Source: Octopus vulgaris (Eukaryota). From it: a stretch of DNA of 64,000 nucleotides. Position 1 is the first letter of the stretch. Each line of letters starts with the position of its first letter. This document shows positions 24,469-37,067 of this stretch, one piece after another. The translations under genes were made by a program, and so were the position numbers. The DNA lies in the NCBI GenBank assembly GCA_951406725.2, contig OX597824.1, positions 87,234,001-87,298,000 of the forward strand, written 5' to 3'. The notes beneath the pieces were generated by a model. It saw only the letters and a list, made by a program, of their open reading frames with translations. It ran no database searches and was not told where the DNA came from.

Positions 24469-24856
24469 CATCATCATCATCATCATTATCATCATCATCA
24501 TCGTTTAACGTCCGCTTTCCATGCTGGCATGGGTTGGGCGATTTTGACTGAGGACTGGTGAACTAGATGGCTGCACCAGGCTCCAATCTGATCTGGCAGA
24601 GTTTCTACAGCTGGATGCCCTTCCTAACGCCAACCACTCCAAGAGTGTAGTGAGTGCTTTTACGTGTCACTGGCACGAGGGCCAGTCAGGCGGTACTGGC
24701 AATGGCCACACTCAAATGTTTTTTTCAGGTGCCAGCGGTACAAGTGCCAGTAAGGTGACGCAGGTAACAATCAAGCTCGAATGGTGCTTTTTACGTGCCA
24801 CCGGCACAGAGGCCAGTTAGACACTCTGGCAATGATTACACTCGGATGGTGCTCTT
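24469..24856 (-). mobile_element. RTE-tailed SINE-like element
   Basis: (CAT)n-CGTTTAACGTCCGCTTTCCATGC start; internal GTGCTTTT.ACGTG units. Confidence 0.85.
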
Positions 24857-24879
24857 ATAAAAGCGACGAGCTGGCAGAA

Positions 24880-25125
24880 ATGTGGCTGAGTATTCCACAG
24901 ACACACATACCCTTAACATAGGTCTCAAGAAGATTCAGCATGACACGGAATGCGACAAGGCTGGCCCTTTGAATCACAGATACTCTTCATTTTTGCCAGC
25001 TGAGTGGACTGGAGCAACATGAAATAAAGTGTCTTGCTCAAGAACACAACGTGTCACCAGGAATCGAACCCACAATCTTACAATCAAGAGCCAAGTACTC
25101 AAACCATTAAGCTATGCACCTTCAC
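24880..25125 (-). mobile_element. tRNA-headed SINE sharing its head with SINE-D but with a different tail
   Basis: Head/core like 62806-62950; tail like 36500-36665. Confidence 0.65.
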
Positions 25126-25429
25126 ACTTCCTTCATAGGGCCCAATCAAAAGTAACCACCATTAGACTCTCTGGCTAGATTCTGAAGTGCGACCAATTGA
25201 GACTATGGACAGCATCCGACCATCTTACTATTGGTCACCAGCCACAAGGTCTCCAGTTGAAGATTCCATCTTCCTTTGACACTCTTACCTCGTGTATTGC
25301 TACTAACCATTGGGATTTTGCCTATGAGAAACCCCAAAGTATTGTCTGTCAGTCAGAGTGATCTGTTTATTTCCATGTTTTCCTTGATGTTAATGGTTTC
25401 AAATTTTACCACAAGGGCAGCGATTTTGG

Positions 25430-25770
25430 GGGAGGGGATAAATCAATTACATCGACCCCAGTGTTTAACTGGTCCTTATTTTATCGACCCTGAAAGGATG
25501 AAAGGTAAAGTCGACCTCAGCAGAATTTGAACTCAGAATGTACAAATGGGCAAAATACCTATTTCTTTACAACCCACAAGAGGCTAAACTCAGAGAGGAC
25601 AAACAAGGACAGGCAAACAGATTAAGTCAATTATATCGACTCCAGTGCTTAACTGGTACTTATTTAATCGACCCCGAAAGGACGGGAGGTAAAGTCAACC
25701 TCGGCGGAATTTGAACGCAGAAAATACCAATGGGCAAAATACCGCTAAGCATTTCGCCCAGCTTGCCACC
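25430..25770 (-). mobile_element. SINE-B tandem partial units
   Basis: Two ATCGACCC.GAAAGGA units. Confidence 0.75.
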
Positions 25771-25969
25771 TTTCCTTGATGATAATGATGATGATGATCA
25801 TGTTGGTGGAAGAGAAGGAGGATAATTCAAACCCTAATAGACCCAAATTTACCTTTCCCCCCTGCAGAGTTGGATATGATGACTACATTCCTCCCCACAA
25901 ACATGTGGCCTAGTGTTATAAAATTTCAGGCCTTGTGCTTATAGTAGAAAGGGGTTTTATTATCATTAT

Positions 25970-26328
25970 TACTCTTTTACTTGTTTCAGTCATTTTGACT
26001 GCGGCCATGCTGGAGCACTGCCTTTTAGTCGAGCAAATTGACTAGTTCTTATTCTATTGGTCTCTTTTGCCGAACCGCTAAGTTACGGGGACATAAACAC
26101 ACCAGCATCGGTTGTCATGTGATGTTGGGGGGACAAACACAGACGCACAAACATACACACACACACACACATATATATATATGATGGGTTTCTTACAGTT
26201 TCCGTCTACCAAATCCACTCACAAGGCTTTGGTCGGCCCAAGGCTATAGTAGAAGACACTTGCCCAAGGTGTCACACTGTAGGACTGAACCCGGATCCAT
26301 GTGGTTTGTAAGCAAGCTACTTACCACA
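25970..26328 (-). mobile_element. SINE-A, near full length
   Basis: Matches other copies. Confidence 0.85.
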
Positions 26329-26902
26329 GTGAAAAGCAGCTGAGTAGCTAGTATTTAGTATAATCCCAGTACCTTTTGAGTCAAAATTTCTAAGGGACTG
26401 ACTTTGTCTCCCATCCCTAAACGGTCAATAAACTAAGCACCAGTCCTAGAACTCAGCTGATTCAATCAGCCATATTTCAGCTCCAAATTCCGTGGCTTTG
26501 TGCCAAACTAAGAAATCATTAGTACTTTTGTTGCTTCTTTTAATGTTATCACTTTTATTTCATTGTCAGTGATTTAGAATTTCTTTTCTCGATACTAGAT
26601 AGATAGCTAATTAGCAACCCTGTGTATAGTTGGTTTTCTTTTTTCTTCTTCTAATGTAAGTAAGCTTTACAAAGTCTTTACTTCTGCTCTGTTCATTAGT
26701 CTGCGTTTAATGCAGACACATCAATCATTGCTGTTTTTTAAGCAGACTAGCACACACACCGAATAATTCAACAAACAGATACGAAATCGTTCGATGAACA
26801 GTTTTTTTGGGCGGGGGTTGTTATTTTCTTTTTAAATCGCTCAACTGACACATTTCCTATTTAGGCAGGAAAACAAATAAGAGAGATTGCTTTGCCTGTG
26901 AC

Positions 26903-27690
26903 AGAATTTGAGTCCCAAAGGCAAAAATGTTCTAGATTAGGGATGTCAGACTCCTTTGACTTTGTGTGCTGGATTGAAGCATAAACTATACATAATAAGG
27001 GCTGAAGTAAATGGATAAAGGGGTCAGTTCTTTTACATTGTAACAATTTTATTGACCTGGGTCAGAAATTGAGCCCCAAAGGTAAGAATTTTTTAGATTA
27101 GGGACGTCAAACTCCTTTGACTTTGTGCACTGGATTGAAGCATAAACTATACATAATAAGGGCTGAAATAAATGGATAAAAGGGTCAGTTCTTTTACTGT
27201 AACAATTTTATTGACCTAGGTAATTTGAGCCCCAAAAGCAAAATGTTCTAGATTAGGGATGTCAGACTCCTTTGACTCTGTGCACTGGACTGCAGCATAA
27301 GCTATACATAATAAGGGCTGAAGTAAATGGATGAAGGGGTCAGTTCTTTTACATTGTAACAATTTTATTGACCTGGGTTAGAATTTGAGCCCCAAAGGCA
27401 AAAATGTTCTAGATTAGGGATGTCAGACTCCTTTGACTCTGTGCACTGGATTGAAGTATAAACTACACATAATAGGGGCTGAAGTAAATGGATAAAGGGG
27501 TCCTTTTACATTTTAACAATTTTATTGACCTGAGTCAGAATTTGAGCCCCTAAGGCAAAAATGTTCTAGATTAGGGATGCCAGACTCCTTTGACTTTGTG
27601 CACTGGACTGCAGCATAAACTATACATAATAAGGGCTGAAGTAAATGGATAAAGGGGTCAGTTCTTTTACATTGTAATAATTTTATTGAC
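26903..27690. repeat. Tandem satellite, 5 copies of ~157-161 bp
   Basis: Unit starts at ~26903, 27064, 27220, 27380, 27537. Confidence 0.95.
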
Positions 27691-28162
27691 AAGAAAGAAA
27701 GGCAAGATTATAGAAGTGTTAGCAGTTTGTGTGCAGAGATGTGTGGGAAAGACTGATCCATATATATGCAGCCCTATTATGTAAGCATCTTGAGAGTAAG
27801 AACAGAGACAGTTGTTCAAATGAATGCACATAGTTTTTGAGAAGATCAATGCTTAATTAAAAGCTTGCCCTGTTTCAGTTGCAAAACTTTCAATATCATT
27901 CATATCATTAAAATTGATTCCATGAACACGTACATAAATATGAAAGATACAAATAAAAGTTTCATTTTGCTTGGTGTGTATAGATAAAGTGAAGGGGAAA
28001 TAGATCATATCTTTTAGAGTATGGATTAATAAGCTTCAAAGAACCAGGGGGAGTCTGAAGCAGGTTGGAATCAAAAGGGTTTAACATTCTAAATTCCTTG
28101 AAGCTATTTTAACCATTTTGTTGCTGGATTTCTCTTGAAATACACTGCCTTTGTTTCAATTT

Positions 28163-28500
28163 ATCATCATCATCATCATCATCGTATAACATCCGCTTTC
28201 CATGCTAGCATGGGTTGGACGATTTGACTGAGGACTGGCAAAGCAGATGGCTGCACCAGGCTCCAATCTGATCTGGAAGAGTTTCTACAGCTGGATGCCC
28301 TTCCTAACACCAACCACTCCAAGAGTGTAGTAGGTGATTTTACGAGCCACTGGCACGAGGGCCAGTCAGGCGGTACTGGCAACGGCCATGCTCAAACAGT
28401 GTTTTTTACATGTCACCTGCACAGGAGCCAGTCCAGCGGCACTGGCAACGACCTCACTCGAATGTTTTTTCACATGCCACCAGCACAAGTGCCAGTAAGT
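28163..28500 (-). mobile_element. RTE-tailed SINE-like element inside a degenerate TTAA MITE
   Basis: Tail and body match; MITE-like sequence on both sides (~28080-28672). Confidence 0.75.
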
Positions 28501-30005
28501 ACCAGTTTAAAAATAATGAAGAATTTAGCAAAATGACTTTGTTATCATTAAGCTGGTATTTGGAACATAATATGAAATATTAATGGGTGGCTTTAATTTA
28601 GATCACTTAAAAGCAGGAAGTCTGTATCATAAAACGAAAGGCAGTCTCACATGGGTTTGTATCAAAAGAGTTAATGTGCAACAAGTGAAATTACAGACGG
28701 CTGAGTTGAGAAAGCATAGGACAACCAACTAAGAAGCTTGTGGTTCATAAGCTGTTACTGTGTTGTGTCTGTGACCCAAGACGCTTTTAACCCTTTCGTT
28801 ACCAACCCGGCTGAAACCGCCTCTGGCTCTGTAGTACAAATGTCATGCACACACACATATACACAAAAGCCTTACTTCAGCTTCCATCTATCAAATCCAC
28901 TCATATTGTATTAGTCGGTCCAGGGCTATAGCAGAAAACATTTGCCCAAGGTAGTGCACAGTGGGACTGAACCCAAGACCACATAACTGGGAAGCAGGCT
29001 TCTTAGCCACACAGCCACACCTAGTCCTCATATCACAAAATTACTACTGCTTGAATTAATCAGATTATTCTAGCCCAATCATACGAATTCATCCAACTTG
29101 GTGTTAATACCAAGTGAAGAAAGTAATTCTCTCACGCACACTCCAACTGAGAACCATAAAACTGAGCTGGCATCTTAAGCATTCAGCTATTTAATTTCTT
29201 GGAATTTTCAGGATACACTTCCATTCTATATGCTCCATTTTCTCAAATATTTCATCAATTATTTTAGAGACAATTTTAAATTTCTAAACACGTCGCTTTT
29301 GTCCCGATCAATTCCTTGTTTTTCTTTCGCAAGCAATGTGGCATCTCATTGTACACTCGATGCCACGTGCGATTCTGTGTATCGTTATCCAAGTGCAACT
29401 TTAATGCGGAATACAAGTGATATGAAGAAGATCATTCAACCATGAAAGAAATATTCCAACAAATTTATTGAACCATTCATTCCTTATTAGCATGGAGGGG
29501 AAAAAATAAGAAAAAAGGACTATCCCCAAACCCACAAACTCATTGAATTTTCTGTCTTCTCTGTCCAGTGAACCATTTCTCTTTTAATGATTTATTGGCC
29601 ATATCTCTACGATGTATAAAAACATTATATTATTTTCTTAAGAAGTAGCAAGGTAGAATTAAGCCAGTTAAATATTTGGTTCTAAGTTCTGGTTTCCAAA
29701 AACTGTTCAATAAAATTAGTTTACACTGAAGTCATTTATCAAACTACATTGATCAATCGCAGTTTTGCTTCTGTATTTTCTTTCTTTCTTTTTGTCAGTT
29801 TATAATTTTGAGTTATAATGATTTGAAAAACTTCAAAGATTATTGTAAAATTCAACCAATAAAGTAAATTTAGTCGATTTTATTGACCCCAGGATTTGAT
29901 TGTTACTTATTTTATTAGCCTTGAAAGGATGAAAGACAAAGTTGACATCGGTAGAGATTTAACTCAAAACATGAACTGTTGAACATTTATAATAATTCCG
30001 ATATG

Positions 30006-30370
30006 AACAAGAGCACTCAGAGACCGCAAACCTCCTCCAAGTCAACACCACCATCCTCTCAACGATTAGCTAGAGATGATTTGTAAAATGAGAATATCTG
30101 AAATAAATTTGACTGCTCTCACAAACAAGAATACTAAAAATTAACCCAACCCACTCTCAAAAATTAAGTAAAAAAACAGGAAAAATAATCCAGAATCCTT
30201 GTCTGGTACTGGATCAATCTCAAAATCTAATCAGTTCATGCCAGTCACAAGGCCAAACATTCCTGAAAGTTTCATCCGAATCTATCCAGCAGTTCTTGAG
30301 ATATCTTGTCTATGGACAAACAAACAAGACTGAAAACAATACCTTTGCCCTTGCTAAGGCAGAGGTAATA
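30006..30370 (+). mobile_element. Helentron-associated (DINE-1/HINE-like) non-autonomous element
   Basis: Starts AACAAGAG; sub-terminal ACCTCC; (ACAA) microsatellite; 3' hairpin ACCTTTGCC-N8-GGCAGAGGT. Confidence 0.5.
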
Positions 30371-30604
30371 GAAACATTAGCTTTAATAGTAGAAGATGCC
30401 CAAAGCACCTCACAGTTGGACTAAACCCAAAACTCATGTAGTTAGGAAACAAATTTCTTTACCACACAGCCACAAAAGGGTTCTTGGTGTTCAGATTACG
30501 CTGTCAAATATAATGCTCATTTATTCATATTGTTTTCAGTTAATCATACATTATCTTAGTGGTTTGAGATTTCAATGATGCTGTTGTTTATATTTAGAAA
30601 GACA

Positions 30605-31506
30605 TCAAAATCGAAATGAAACTTGATTGCGAAGACCTGTTGAGGGAAGTGAAATCGAAATCAAAATCAAACTCGGTGATTGGCATCCGTCGCTAGTGGA
30701 GCACTAAGAGTACCATACGAGTGAGATCATTGCCAGAGCAACAAGCTGGCCTCCATGTCGATGGCACATTAAAAACACAATTCGAGCGTGAACGTTACCA
30801 GCGTCGCCTTACTAGCACTTGTGCTGGGGGCACATGAAAAAACATTCGAGCGAGGTCGTCGCCAGTGCCGCTGGACTGGCTCCTGTGCAGGTGGCACATA
30901 AAGAGCACCATTTGAGCATGGCCGTTGCCAGTACCAACTGACTGGCCCTCGTGCCAGTGGCACGTAAAAGCACCCACTACACTCTGGGATATATGAATGT
31001 ATATATATACGTATTCGCATGTATGGATGTATATATACATATTCGCATGTATGGATGTATATATACATATTCGCATGTATGGATGTATATATACATATTC
31101 GCATGTATGGATGTATATATACATATTCGCATGTATGGATGTATATATACGTATTCGCATGTATGGATGTATATATACATATTCGCATGTATGGATGTAT
31201 ATATACATATTCGCATGTGTGGATGTATATATACATATTCGCATGTATGGATGTATATATACATATTCGCATGTATGGATGTATATATACATATTCGTAT
31301 GTATGGATGTATATATATGTATTCGGATGTATGGATTTTTGTGGTATAGTTTGCACGAGAAATTTTCAATTCTGAGGAATAATATATAGAATTAAAATTA
31401 TCAAAAGCGCAAAAGCTCACTCGATCTTGATTTTCATTACTTGTCAAACCATCCAACTAATACCAGTAAGGAAAACGGACATTAACGATGATGATGATGA
31501 TGATGA
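30605..31506 (+). mobile_element. RTE-tailed SINE-like element interrupted by a minisatellite
   Basis: Body to 30986, tail resumes ~31441. Confidence 0.7.
31013..31335. repeat. 28-bp minisatellite (ATTCGCATGTATGGATGTATATATACAT), ~11.5 copies
   Basis: Period read directly (31013, 31041, 31069...). Confidence 0.95.
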
Positions 31507-31929
31507 ATCACTATCATCATCCAGGTGTCTTCTTTTTATATAGACACGATTCAGATAGTTTTTACACCATAACATGTCTGTATTCTCTTACTTGGCCAAC
31601 ATCTTATCAGTAAAACTCAGTGTTCCACAAATGGAATGTTTGCAGATTAATAAAAATTTACATTCTGTTTGACAAGAATTTTCTGTCATGTTCTCGCAAC
31701 TAACTACACGAACTACAGTTTTATATCACTTATATATACTTTCCTGAAATTTGTTATCAGTGGGGCTATTTATAACTTGGTAGATAACGAAGAAACACAT
31801 TTCGTGATTCCAGCAGCAATTTAGGTTATAGTTTACAAAGCTCTTAAGATGAAAAGAATATTCTGGAACATACAAATCGTTAAATAATTAGCTTTTGACA
31901 AATGATAAACTACCTTATAAAAATCTTTA

Positions 31930-32317
31930 TCTTTTATTTTTTACTTGTTTCAGTTACTGGACTGTGGCCATGCTGGGGCACCACATTGAAGGGTTTTGGT
32001 TTAAAAAGATCAACCCCATTACTTCCCTTTCTATTCAATTGCCTTTTGGTTTTTTTTTATTGCTAAATCTCTAAGTTATAAGGACAAATAAACCAAAACC
32101 AGCAGACCTGTGGTGGAGTAAGGGACCACACACACACACACACACACACATATACGAAGGGCTTCTTTCAGTTTCCATCTACCATATCCCCTCACAAGGC
32201 TTTGGTCAGCCCAAGGCTATAGTAGAAGACACTTGCCCAAGGTGCCATGCAGTGGGACTGAACCTGGAACCATGTGGTTGGTAAGCAAGCTACTTACCAC
32301 ACAGCTACTCCTACACC
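31930..32317 (-). mobile_element. SINE-A, degenerate 3' half
   Basis: Clear head at 32155-32317. Confidence 0.75.
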
Positions 32318-33888
32318 TATAAATAAATATTTTATATTTTACAAATGCATATATACTATGAATCATTTGATATTTAAATAATTTATATACAATACTACAA
32401 TAATATTATGATAAATTCATAGCGTTCCCCAATTCACTGCCTCTCTCCCAACGCCTCCTTTTTCTCTACTGCCCATCCGGACTGTCTCAACACCCACCGG
32501 GGGGGGGGGGGAGCACCCACTTTGAGAAACTATGATCCAGAGCAAGTCAATTTGGTTAAATTCATTCCTTGGCAAGTCTTTTTTTCCAAGGTCTGGGGTC
32601 TCCCGCCCCTAAGCCCTAGACCATCACCTAATTACCCTTACCCATCTTGTTGCTTAGCAACAACAACAACAACAATGCTAACAGGAAGAGTTCAACTCTT
32701 CACTGCAGTATAATGGAACACTGGCATGTTTCATAGGATTGTGGCTAGTACTGTTGTTACCTACAGCTGTATACTCAAAGTTAAGTGGACTGTGCCATTT
32801 TAAAAGTCAAGTGCTTTGGTCACAGACCTAAATGTAGTGTCAGTGACAGGATATGAACACTGCTGACCTCTCAGCCAGTTGGCCAAAATGATCTTATCAA
32901 CTCAGTGAGCTTCCAATTCCAAATAATGTAAAGGGAAAATGGTTCTTAGTTTCACCATAATTCTACTGACCTGAGGCAAACAAATATATTTTACCCATGA
33001 GTTATAACAGACAGACAGGCAGGCAGACAGCTGGTCAAGTTGAGAAGTGTTATTAGATTTCTGGTCATCTAGTTATTAGCAAATGTTTTTATCCTTTATC
33101 ATTTACTTGTTTCGAGAATTGGACAGTGGCTATGCAGGAGCACCACCTTGAAGTGTTGTCTGTTGTCTGCTTTGGCATGGTTGCTATGGCTGGATGCCCT
33201 TCCTTATGCCAACCACCTTACAAAATGTACTGGGTGTGTTTCATGTGGTACCAACAGCTGTGAGGCCACTAAGCAACATGCAGGACAAAACCCTTCATAC
33301 AACGGGTTTCTTTCAGCTTCCATCCACCAAATTCACTCACAAAGCATAGGTCAGGATATGGCTGTAGCAAAAGATACTTGTCTAAGGTGCTGTGCAGTGG
33401 AACTGAACCCAAAGCCATGTGGGTTGCAAAGAGAGCTTTTTAACCATGCAGCCATGCCTGCACAATGTCCAAAATCCTTCATAATTCTAAGAATTTTCCC
33501 ATTGTTCACCTAGCTGTGCAAAATTCCCACAGATGGCACCACTCTAATGTACTCTAATGAATCCAAAAACTCTAATGAAAGAGTAATAATAAATGTAATG
33601 AAAACAAAATTATATTTATAAATATAATAATTATAATGAAAACAAACAAAATATAATGGAAAGAACATCATATTTGTATGTGGAGGAGACTACCTTCGGT
33701 CGTGAATGACCATGGGATTGCACCTAGAAAGTTACCCCCCGAGACACAAGAACACAACACGCAGCCTGGTCCAGGAATCGAACTCACAACTTCATGATCG
33801 TAAGCTTGATGCTCTAACCACTGAGCCATGTGCCTTCACACATATTTATAAATATAATAAATATAATGAATAAATATAATGAAAAGAA

Positions 33889-34156
33889 CATCATCTTCAT
33901 CATCATCGTTTAACGTCCGCTTTCCATGCTAGCATGGGTTGGACGATTTGACTGACGTCTGGCGAACCAGATGGCTGCACCAGGCTCCAATCTGATCTAG
34001 CAGAGTGTCTACAGCTGGATGCCCTTCCTAATGCCACCCACTCCAAGAATGTAGTGGGTGCTTTTACGAGGGCCAGTCTGGTGGTACTGGCAGCGGCCAT
34101 GCTCAATGGTGCCTTTTATGTGCCACCTGCACAGGAGCCAGTCCAGCGGCACTGGT
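33889..34156 (-). mobile_element. RTE-tailed SINE-like element
   Basis: Matches family. Confidence 0.8.
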
Positions 34157-34549
34157 AAAAACAATTATAATATCAATAGGTCTCATTAAACAAACAAGTA
34201 TTAAAAGAAAACCCAATACATCTTTATATCTTATGGTAACGATGAAAAGCAATTTTATCCAAATCATTAATTAATCCTAAATGGTTACTTGAACCTGTCT
34301 GCCCCTCATGTAAAAACAAAAAATGTAAAATAACTAAACTTACAATAATAAAAGGAAATGAAAAATGAAAACAAAAAAATTGTCTTAAAGTAGCATTATC
34401 AATAGAAAACCCCCTCAAATTCAATAAACCGATACCTCCCCCTCCAATATAAAGCACTGCTGAAACCAAATTAGTAATATTAGCTCCCTGAAAATATATC
34501 TGACCCCAAGGCAATACATATCCAACAAAACCAGTTAATATAACCAAAA

Positions 34550-34947
34550 CAAAGGTGGCGAGCTGGCAGAAATGTTAGCATGCCAGGTGAAATGCTTAGC
34601 AGTATTTTGTCTGTCTTCAAATTCTGAGTTCTGAGTTCAAATTCCACTGAGGTTGACTTTGCCTTTCATCCTTCATAGATCCCTTCCACGAGCACTATAA
34701 CGTGTTCGTGGAACCCAAGCCTTCGAGACTGCATCGAAGGCCTTGGCGAGATCCACGAAGGCTACCGCCAGTCGCTGTTTTCTCAGCCATGCTGGCCTCC
34801 CCATCGTGCGGCTGACCAACTGCCGCCTGAGAAAAGAATTCTCGCTGCAGCTGTCAGCCCAGATAAATCCGTGCTGTGTACTGGGGTCAATCTAATCAAC
34901 TAGCCCCCTTCCTCAAAATTTCAAGCCTTGTGCTTAGAGTAGAAAAG
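34550..34947 (+). mobile_element. SINE-B inserted in the NUMT
   Basis: 13-bp TSD AATATAACCAAAA at 34537-34549 and 34948-34960. Confidence 0.85.
34674..34879 (-). mobile_element. GC-rich reverse-transcriptase fragment of an R2-like non-LTR retrotransposon inside the SINE
   Basis: TQHGFIWADSCSENSFL...LAVAFVDLAKAFDAVS. Confidence 0.75.
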
Positions 34948-35479
34948 AATATAACCAAAATATATAACAACTATCTTATTTAGAATCAGATGAATATGGT
35001 ACCTAAGTTGAGGCACCAGAACTTAGTACGGTATTATCCATACCTCTGGATATCTTTGTTGCTTATTTTGATCTTAACAAGCATCTAATGTTGATTTCAA
35101 ACTTTCCCTGTGAGTGTTGCACAGGTCTAAATGAGTCACCCAGGTTCGTTAGTCAGTTATACACTACTCGGTGTCAAAGTCCTCAAGGCGTACCCTAACA
35201 ACTCAATGAGTAACGGGTACTATGACACATTAGAAATATAAAAACTTGTTCAGTAAATTGTTGGGAATGATTGGCACTACTCAATCACTCCTCTTCGCAT
35301 TCTCTGGCAGAAGAAAACCATATTTTTAATGATTCATATTGAACTGTGGATCTCAAAGTAAATAAAGGTGTATAAGCAGTGCTTTCTGCTGTAGGCCCAA
35401 GACCTGAAATTTATACACTACCTGATTTCAAAGTCCTCAAGAGGTACCCTTACAACTCATTGAGTAATGGGTACTAATA

Positions 35480-36014
35480 CAGGGTGTTCCAAAAGTCATT
35501 AATGGGTTTCAATTTTTAATAATTTCCTTAACTTTACAAACAAATGCCTGAAATTTTGATGCAATATAAAGGACATAATGGAAATTAATATGCACAGGTA
35601 AAATTTTACAACACCATTACATCACATATGGAAAATGACATTGATTAAATGGCATCCATTTTTGGCTTCGCACACCTGTGCTCTTTCCAAAATTTGCACC
35701 GTAACACCCTCAAGAGTTTCAGACCCCACTTCTCTGATTTCTCTATTGATGTTCTCCTTCAGTTGCACCAGGATCTCTGGTTTGTTGATGTAAACCCTCT
35801 CTTTCAGGTATTCCTGACAGACCTTTTTTGTGCCTGGCCATTCAAAGTAGACCTCACACATGGTTCCAGTAAGATGGGGGCAACTGATCACACCACAAGA
35901 GAAATAATGCAGTTGCTATGGCAATGCTTTGGAGTGAGAATAATTTCCCGCTAAGGCAATGTCAACCGGCCTTCATGTTCTCCAAACTTGACAAGCCCGG
36001 ATGTTTTCTTGTGG
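35480..36014. mobile_element. Tc1/mariner-superfamily transposase remnant with an internal inversion
   Basis: TA-CAGGGTG terminus; minus strand YLKERVYINKP...L...I (35622-35813); plus strand WFQ*DG.ATDHT...SPNLTSPDVFLW (35814-36014). Confidence 0.85.
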
Positions 36015-36737
36015 TGAGAGGGGAGAGGGGGAGAGAGGGAAGAGAGAGAGAGAGTGTGTGCATGTGCGTGTGTAAAGGTAAAAATTGAAATAATGATTCT
36101 AAACCAGACAGCCAGTTAATTTCTTACAAGAAAAAAAAAAACTAAATTTAAAACAAGAAAATTATTAAAAAAAAAAAATATTTCTGTAAATCTGTCCAGA
36201 CAGGTTATTTGTCAAAATCACAAATTTCCCACAAAAACCTGGAACCTGTTCTTCAACTACATAAGCCAGGGCATACGAAATAAAGTCTTTTTCAGACAAC
36301 ATAATGAAAAATCTACACAGTAAGATATGAACTTTTTAACCCAAGAATCTATACCCAAAATATAACCCACTTGGCTCCTCTGTATTTGTTTCTCATAGGT
36401 TTTTGTTAGTTCGTTTACAAATTTATTATTATTATTATTATGGGTAACTTGAAATTGTATCTCCATCATGTAAAAACAAAAAAATGTAAAATAACTAATG
36501 TGGCACTCTGTTGGTTATGATGACGAGGGTTTCATTTGATCTGATCAACAGAACAGCATGCTCGTAAAATTAACATGCAAGTGGCTGAGCACTCCACAGA
36601 CATGTGTACTCTTAACATAGTTCTTGGGGAGTTTCAGCGTGACAAGGCTGGCCCTTTGAAATACAGGTAAAAGAGAAACAGGAAGAAAGAGTGAGAGAAA
36701 GGTGGCGAGCTTGATGATGATGATATATATATATATA

Positions 36738-36998
36738 TCATCATCATCATCATCGTTTAGCGTCCGTTTTCCATGCTAGCATGGGTTGGACGGTTCTACT
36801 GGGGTCTGTGAAGCCAGAAGGCTTCATCAGGCCCAGTCAAATCTGGCAGTGTTTCTACGGCTGGATGCCCTTCCTAACGCCAACCACTCCGCGAGTGTAG
36901 TAGGTGCTTTTTACGTGCCACCCACACAGGTGCCAGACAGAGCTGGCAAACAGCCACGAACGGATGATGCTTTTTATGTGCCACCGGCACGAGGGCCA
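36738..36998 (-). mobile_element. RTE-tailed SINE-like element
   Basis: Matches the 20191-20693 subfamily. Confidence 0.8.
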
Positions 36999-37067
36999 GA
37001 TATATATATATATATATTGCACTTTTAACCATCTCATGCTTTCAGGTATACAGAGTATGATGTTTAA

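Larger units (their letters stand above)
34157..34970 (-). pseudogene. cytb: Nuclear mitochondrial pseudogene (NUMT) of cytochrome b, interrupted by a SINE
   Basis: [51 protein letters not shown] motifs with indels; continues as LLYILV beyond the SINE. Confidence 0.92.

Noticed and set aside
34224-34547. Functional mitochondrial cytb or mitochondrial contamination
   Set aside because: Indels, loss of conserved residues and a TSD-flanked SINE insertion show a nuclear pseudogene
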